DNA of 64,000 nt. Origin: an uncultured Chloroflexia bacterium (lineage in GTDB: Bacteria; Chloroflexota; UBA6077; JACCZL01). Where the stretch lies: NCBI GenBank assembly GCA_963765765.1, contig CAVXYC010000010.1, positions 32,001-96,000 of the forward strand. Reading direction: 5' to 3'. The translations under genes and the position numbers were made by a program. The notes below the pieces were generated by a model. It was not told the DNA's origin. It made no database searches and saw nothing but the letters and a program-made list of their open reading frames with translations. Shown here in pieces: positions 59,146 through 64,000 of the stretch; position 1 is the stretch's first letter, and every line of letters starts with the position of its first letter.

Positions 59146-60109
59146 TCATGCCTGCGCGGCGGGCTGCCGTCGACGTCGAAGTTGTCTAACGACCCACCAG
59201 GCTGCGACGCACGGGATTCCGTACATGGGAAGCCAGACAGCCACCCAGATCCCCGCTCGGGCAACCCCCTGGAGTGAGCGAGTCAGGGCGTTTACGGCTT
59301 CCGTCAGCATTGCCCGCGGGCTCCACTCACGTGTCTGGCCTGACGATGCGGCCGAAACGTCGCGCAGTGTCAGAACGTCGCGCAGTGTCAGACTGATTGT
59401 GGTGAACTCACTGCGGCGCTCGAGAAAGCGCGGCGCCCCTCAATGCGCTCATCTGAACCTCGCACGTTGGTCAGCTCGCGTGGACGACGATAACTTCATC
59501 CACCTTCTGAGCGCTCTATCAAGCTGACCCGACGCACCTAAGTCGCCTGCAGATTGCGGAGATCGGATTCGGGGTCCACGAATTCCTCAGTCACGTCCTG
59601 GCTAGAGAGCGACTCTTCGGTTACCCGTACGGCCAGCTTGCGAAGCTGCTCCATAACTGTGTTGTATGTATGCTGATCGGACGAAATTCTAAGGACGGTC
59701 GTTTCGTCCGATCACCCTCCTGCTTGAACCTAGAGCTCGTGAAGCTGCCGCCCACACTATCGGCAATGAGCTCGACCTGCTGGAACGCGTGGGAGACATC
59801 GTCCAAGCGCAGCGCGAGCGTCACTGCACCGATGATCATGTGACCGATCGGCGAGACCGTTACTGCCGCGACGCTACCCGTGGACTGATTAGGTGCTGCC
59901 GGTCGCGTCGCGGCATTGTCCGTGGATGCGTCCGCGCTGGGTGGGGCTGGCGCGGACGCTGCCGAGCGACCTTCGACTGAGCTCGTGAAAGGCGCCTGTG
60001 CCGGGACTGCCTTTGGACTGGTGAGAAATCCACCGATTTGGGGAGCTACCGAGCAAACAGTGACCGCGAGAGCAAGAACAGCGGCCGCGGGTAAGAGGAT
60101 TCGGCGCAT
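59146..60109 (-). pseudogene. DUF4349 domain protein, disrupted
   Basis: SQDVTEEFVD.ES.LRNLQAT* in-frame stop, RELTNVR.QIERIEGR, several shifts, 18-bp tandem duplication at 59356-59391. Confidence 0.8.
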
Positions 60110-60223
60110 TGGTGCCTCCATCCGATTCATTGCTGATCAAGACGCGAGGTAGCTCGAGATGGCTCTCGTGAGATTCCTCCGCGCGACACTGACGTTAGCA
60201 AGGCGCTCTCGTAGGCTGATCCC

Positions 60224-61222
60224 TTGACTCATCGTGTAAAATTTGACAGTGACACGGAGCGCCGATTGACAGCGACAATCCGTCCGATTCGCCCCACGGA
60301 TTTAGCACCGCTATTTCGCTTTCGGCATCAGGCAGAGTCCGCTCAGATTACGGCCCATCATTGGCCGAAGATTCAGCCTGAGAGTCCGCGTTTTCCTCTC
60401 GCCCGATTCATCGCCCAGTCGTTCACTCGTTCGACGGGCCCGCGGATTCTGGCCGCCTGGTCGAATCGGCGAATCGAGGGACTAGTCGTCGGTCGCCCGC
60501 GCAGCGCTGGGGTCGTGTGGGACGTCGAGCGCCTTTATGGTGAGAACGACCAGGTCTGTGCTGACCTTCTGGACCATATTGGTGGCTACGCGGTGCGGGG
60601 CGGCGCGCGGCGTGTGTTCGTGCAGATTCCAGCTGAGAGTCGCGGTCGACTGATCACTCAGAAGGCTGGATATGAGCGATACATGGGTGAGCGTCTATTC
60701 AAGCTCACGCCTCCATTCAACTCAAAGCTTCCAAATCCGTTTCCAGCACGACCGCGGCTTCGTGCTGATGAACACAGTCTCTTTCAGCTTTATTGCGCGG
60801 CTGTGCCAGCGCAGGTGCGCGCGGCAGAGGCGATGACAAGAGAAGAGTGGTTATCGCTACATCACGGTCCACGAATCTGGAAGCCAACCCTATTTGGAGA
60901 CCGACATCAATACGTCTGGCAATTTGGCGAGACAACGGTCTCCTGGGTTGAGATCGTTTATGGAGCGCGTAGTCAATTCATGGAAGTAAACCTGCACCCA
61001 GACTACGAGCGACTCCTTGATGGAATGGTGGCGTACGCGTTAGGGCAGACATCTGAAAAGGCTCCGGTCTATGCGAGTGCGCGCTCATATCAGGACGCAT
61101 GGGCGAGCGGCCTGGAGAGAGTGGGCTTTGTGGAGGTGTCAACAACCGACTTGTATGTACGACAACTGGCGGCTCGTAGCCTGGAGCCTGCACTTGTTCC
61201 GGCGAAATTAGTGAGTGGGTAA
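60224..61222 (+). CDS. hypothetical protein, tandem GNAT-like fold
   Basis: IRPIRPTDL start, QKAGYE and LERVGF GNAT-like motifs. Confidence 0.65.
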   Translation: MTHRVKFDSDTERRLTATIRPIRPTDLAPLFRFRHQAESAQITAHHWPKIQPESPRFPLARFIAQSFTRSTGPRILAAWSNRRIEGLVVGRPRSAGVVWDVERLYGENDQVCADLLDHIGGYAVRGGARRVFVQIPAESRGRLITQKAGYERYMGERLFKLTPPFNSKLPNPFPARPRLRADEHSLFQLYCAAVPAQVRAAEAMTREEWLSLHHGPRIWKPTLFGDRHQYVWQFGETTVSWVEIVYGARSQFMEVNLHPDYERLLDGMVAYALGQTSEKAPVYASARSYQDAWASGLERVGFVEVSTTDLYVRQLAARSLEPALVPAKLVSG

Positions 61223-61243
61223 TGTGAGGTCCACGCGACACGG

Positions 61244-62836
61244 ATGACAGATTCCAAGATATTCAACGCTTCGGGCGGTCGCATCGTCACGGACGACCTT
61301 GACGCTCTTCTCGATGTCTTGCCGCCGCGTATCTCGCAGCCGCTTCTCCAAATCGAGCGACGAGAAGAGCTTCTCGAGGTGGTGATGGACCTTGGCCGTG
61401 AGCCTGAAGGTCGTTTCCCTGAACGTGAAGCGATTCTCTCAAGCGATCCGATCGTTCCCGAAGATCTCGAGTACGTAATTCATCGCATCGGGCTCTTTGG
61501 TGACGATAATCGCGCTGGAATCGAGCGCACACTCCACCGAATTTCGGCAATCCGCAACCGAGCGGACCGGATCGTTGGCCTTACCTGTCGCGTAGGTCGA
61601 GCCGTATTCGGCACGATCACGATCATCAGGGACCTCATTGAGTCAGGCCAGAGTGTGCTCATGATGGGCCGCCCGGGTGTCGGCAAAACCACCATGCTTC
61701 GAGAAGCGGCGCGAGTACTCGCCGACGACCTGAATAAGCGCGTAATCATCGTGGATACGTCCAACGAGATCGGCGGAGATGGCGATATACCGCATCCGGC
61801 GATCGGTCGTGCTCGGCGCATGCAGGTAAAGACACCGGCTTTGCAGCACTCGGTCATGATCGAAGCGGTCGAGAACCACATGCCCGAGGTGATCGTGATC
61901 GACGAGATCGGGACGGAACTCGAGGCGTTGGCATCTCGAACCATTGCGGAGCGCGGCGTCCAGCTCATCGCCACGGCTCACGGCAACACGCTCGAGAACC
62001 TCATCATGAATCCCACGCTGGCCGACCTTATCGGCGGCATCCAGACCGTGACGTTGAGCGATGAGGAAGCGCGGCGCCGTGGAACTCAAAAGTCGGTGCT
62101 CGAGCGCAAGGCGCCCCCCACGTTTGACATGGTCGTAGAGATTCAGGCGTGGGATCGCGTTCGGGTGCATGAAAACGTCGCGGACACCGTGGACGCTGTA
62201 CTACGCGGCCATTCGCCGGCGGCCGCGGTCCGCTCACGCGACGAGCATGGCGATGTGGTGGTCGAGCGCACGCCGCTACGGCGTACTTCGAACCTCACCG
62301 AGCTCGTTCCAGACAACCGCCATGCCGTGGGCGTTCCAATGACGCCGCGCGATATTCGAACCGCGCCGGGAAAGACGGTCCGGATTTATCCATTCGGCGT
62401 CAATCGCTCGAAGATTGAGCAGACGGCGCGGTCGCTCTCCTTGCCTGTCATCGTGGTAGAGGAAGTCGACGAAGCAGACGTAGCCATGACCCTCAAGCCC
62501 TACTACCGCCGCAAGCCGCAGCCATTGCGCGATGCGGAAGCCCGCGGGATCCCCATTTACGTGCTGCGGAGCAACAGTGGTGGTCAGATTGAAGAGGCGC
62601 TGGGCCGTGTTCTGCAGATGGACGTCACTCCCAATCAGGCTGCGCCCCGAGCACTGCAGGAAACGGAAGAGGCGATTGCTCGAGTGCTCGAGACGTCCGA
62701 GCCGGTGGAGCTATCGCCGCAGAATAGCTACATTCGCCGGCTCCAGCACGAGCTTGCCGGCCAGTACAGCCTTGGCTCTGAATCGATGGGTCGCGAGCCC
62801 TATCGACGAGTCCGAATCTTCAAGCCCGCGAGCTAA
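61244..62836 (+). CDS. Ycf45/SpoIIIAA-like AAA ATPase with R3H domain
   Basis: GRPGVGKTT, DTSNEIGGDGD, IDEIG, C-terminal RRLQH...GREP.RRV. Confidence 0.93.
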   Translation: MTDSKIFNASGGRIVTDDLDALLDVLPPRISQPLLQIERREELLEVVMDLGREPEGRFPEREAILSSDPIVPEDLEYVIHRIGLFGDDNRAGIERTLHRISAIRNRADRIVGLTCRVGRAVFGTITIIRDLIESGQSVLMMGRPGVGKTTMLREAARVLADDLNKRVIIVDTSNEIGGDGDIPHPAIGRARRMQVKTPALQHSVMIEAVENHMPEVIVIDEIGTELEALASRTIAERGVQLIATAHGNTLENLIMNPTLADLIGGIQTVTLSDEEARRRGTQKSVLERKAPPTFDMVVEIQAWDRVRVHENVADTVDAVLRGHSPAAAVRSRDEHGDVVVERTPLRRTSNLTELVPDNRHAVGVPMTPRDIRTAPGKTVRIYPFGVNRSKIEQTARSLSLPVIVVEEVDEADVAMTLKPYYRRKPQPLRDAEARGIPIYVLRSNSGGQIEEALGRVLQMDVTPNQAAPRALQETEEAIARVLETSEPVELSPQNSYIRRLQHELAGQYSLGSESMGREPYRRVRIFKPAS

Positions 62837-62872
62837 GCAAAACTGCAGGCGCCTGACGAACCCCGGGCGCTG

Positions 62873-63214
62873 TTACCCCAGAAGCTGCTTGTTCGGCGAA
62901 TACGCTGTAGGCGTAAGAATCAGGCTCTCAACTTTTGCGACAATCGCGCCGGCTTTTTCCGTCTCCGCGCGGTCAGATTGCCACGCCGGGTCCGCCTGGA
63001 ATGCATTCCACTTCTCTTCTCGCTCTGCGAGGCTCTCCCACTCGAGGATGTAGAACATCTTGGCGTTGCTTCCATCGCCAATGGTGACATCCCAGAAAGC
63101 TACGGGTCGGATTCCATGGCGTGCGAAATGACCTAGCGTCATCGTCGAGAATCGTGTGTGCAGCCGCCCCAGTGATCCTGGCGTCACGTGATAGATGCGC
63201 AGCTCATGAACCAT
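62873..63214 (-). CDS. NIPSNAP family protein
   Basis: ELRIY...PG, WESLAEREEKWNAFQADP.W, L.PT.YSP. Confidence 0.92.
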   Translation of the reverse strand: MVHELRIYHVTPGSLGRLHTRFSTMTLGHFARHGIRPVAFWDVTIGDGSNAKMFYILEWESLAEREEKWNAFQADPAWQSDRAETEKAGAIVAKVESLILTPTAYSPNKQLLG

Positions 63215-63343
63215 GACTATCTCCTCAAATCCGAATAGTGCGCATCATAGCAGTCAGTTTTGTGTGCAACGCGCTCTGGACTGCCGCGGTTGACCTGATG
63301 CGGGTGCTAGCGACGAGGCTATCGGCGGCACTATCCTTCCGGG

Positions 63344-63649
63344 ATGGCACTTGAACGCGTCTGGATTGGCGAAGTGGCCGCTGGGCATGAGGCGGATCAT
63401 GACAGCTTCGTGCAGTGGCTGCAGTCTGATGCAGGCGCACGCATGCTCCGACAGTACAGATTGAATCGTTATGAAATGCGACAGTCAGGCAACGGGCTTG
63501 CGGTCACAATGCAAGCCGAAGAGCCTCCGATCATTATTCATTTCCTGCGGAACCACGCAGCCTGGCCGGCGTTCTGGGAGTTTCGATCGAATACTCCGGC
63601 TGATGCACCGCCGGACGCGACACTTCGCTTCGAATGGGCAAAACAATGA
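63344..63649 (+). CDS. hypothetical protein
   Basis: Protein-like ORF directly upstream of the SDR; no family recognised. Confidence 0.65.
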   Translation: MALERVWIGEVAAGHEADHDSFVQWLQSDAGARMLRQYRLNRYEMRQSGNGLAVTMQAEEPPIIIHFLRNHAAWPAFWEFRSNTPADAPPDATLRFEWAKQ

Positions 63650-63665
63650 CGCTTGAGAGGGCACT

Positions 63666-64000
63666 GTGGACCTGGGGTTAAGAGGCAAGGTCGCCATTGT
63701 CACGGGGGGGAGCCGTGGGTTGGGGAAGGCCGCGGCAACGTCACTGGCCCAGGAAGGAGCGTTGGTCTTTATCTGCGCTCGAGGCAAGGAGACGCTCGAT
63801 CAAACGCTCATGGAGCTATCCTCGGCGGAACTCGCGCTACGCGGAGGAGTCGCGGACGTGACGACGGTGGAGGGCTGCGATCAGGTCGTCAAGGGGGCGG
63901 TGGAAGCCTTTGGCGGCGTCGACATTCTGGTCAACAACGTTGGCGGCGGACAGGGACCGTCGGCCATTGGCTCAAGCGACAATGAATGGCAGCAATCGCT
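63666..64000 (+). CDS. short-chain dehydrogenase/reductase, 3'-truncated by window edge
   Basis: Manual translation from GTG 63666: MDLGLRGKVAIVTGGSRGLG...DILVNNVG. Confidence 0.9.
   Translation, partial: MDLGLRGKVAIVTGGSRGLGKAAATSLAQEGALVFICARGKETLDQTLMELSSAELALRGGVADVTTVEGCDQVVKGAVEAFGGVDILVNNVGGGQGPSAIGSSDNEWQQS

Noticed and set aside
1-64000. CRISPR array, tRNA, rRNA, intact integrase or transposase
   Set aside because: No regularly spaced direct repeats, cloverleaf/T-loop motifs or recombinase ORFs seen by eye; a covariance-model scan was not possible

Overview
High-GC bacterial genomic window. Gene content and style suggest Chloroflexota, which is an inference only. Layout: (1) panB-panC. 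(2) A 1.3-14.3 kb catabolic region with three phthalate-4,5-dioxygenase/LigXa-like Rieske oxygenases and no reductase, an Fe3+/polyamine-class ABC importer, SDRs, an alpha/beta hydrolase, an orphan HicB-like gene and an 81-aa ORF resembling a stand-alone HK97 A-domain (Family 4 encapsulin-like). (3) A 14.3-17.2 kb scar of gene remnants around an Asp-to-Glu LuxR response regulator. (4) An amidohydrolase/flavoprotein/acyl-CoA dehydrogenase/acyl-CoA ligase cluster. (5) Envelope genes. (6) A 29.9-34.2 kb signalling module in which three paralogues of an unrecognised ~95-105 aa 'DW...LADIxH...WxRxH' protein flank a LuxR solo, a PAS-kinase-LuxR fusion and receiver domains. (7) An arsenic and copper resistance region with many frameshifts. 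(8) Housekeeping genes: PBP1A, rqcH, gmk, priA, cobU, HNH, trkA, USP and a Ycf45-like ATPase. Several REP/REPIN-like inverted repeats are present. No rRNA, tRNA, CRISPR array or intact transposase/integrase was seen. Many single-base frameshifts may be long-read assembly errors.
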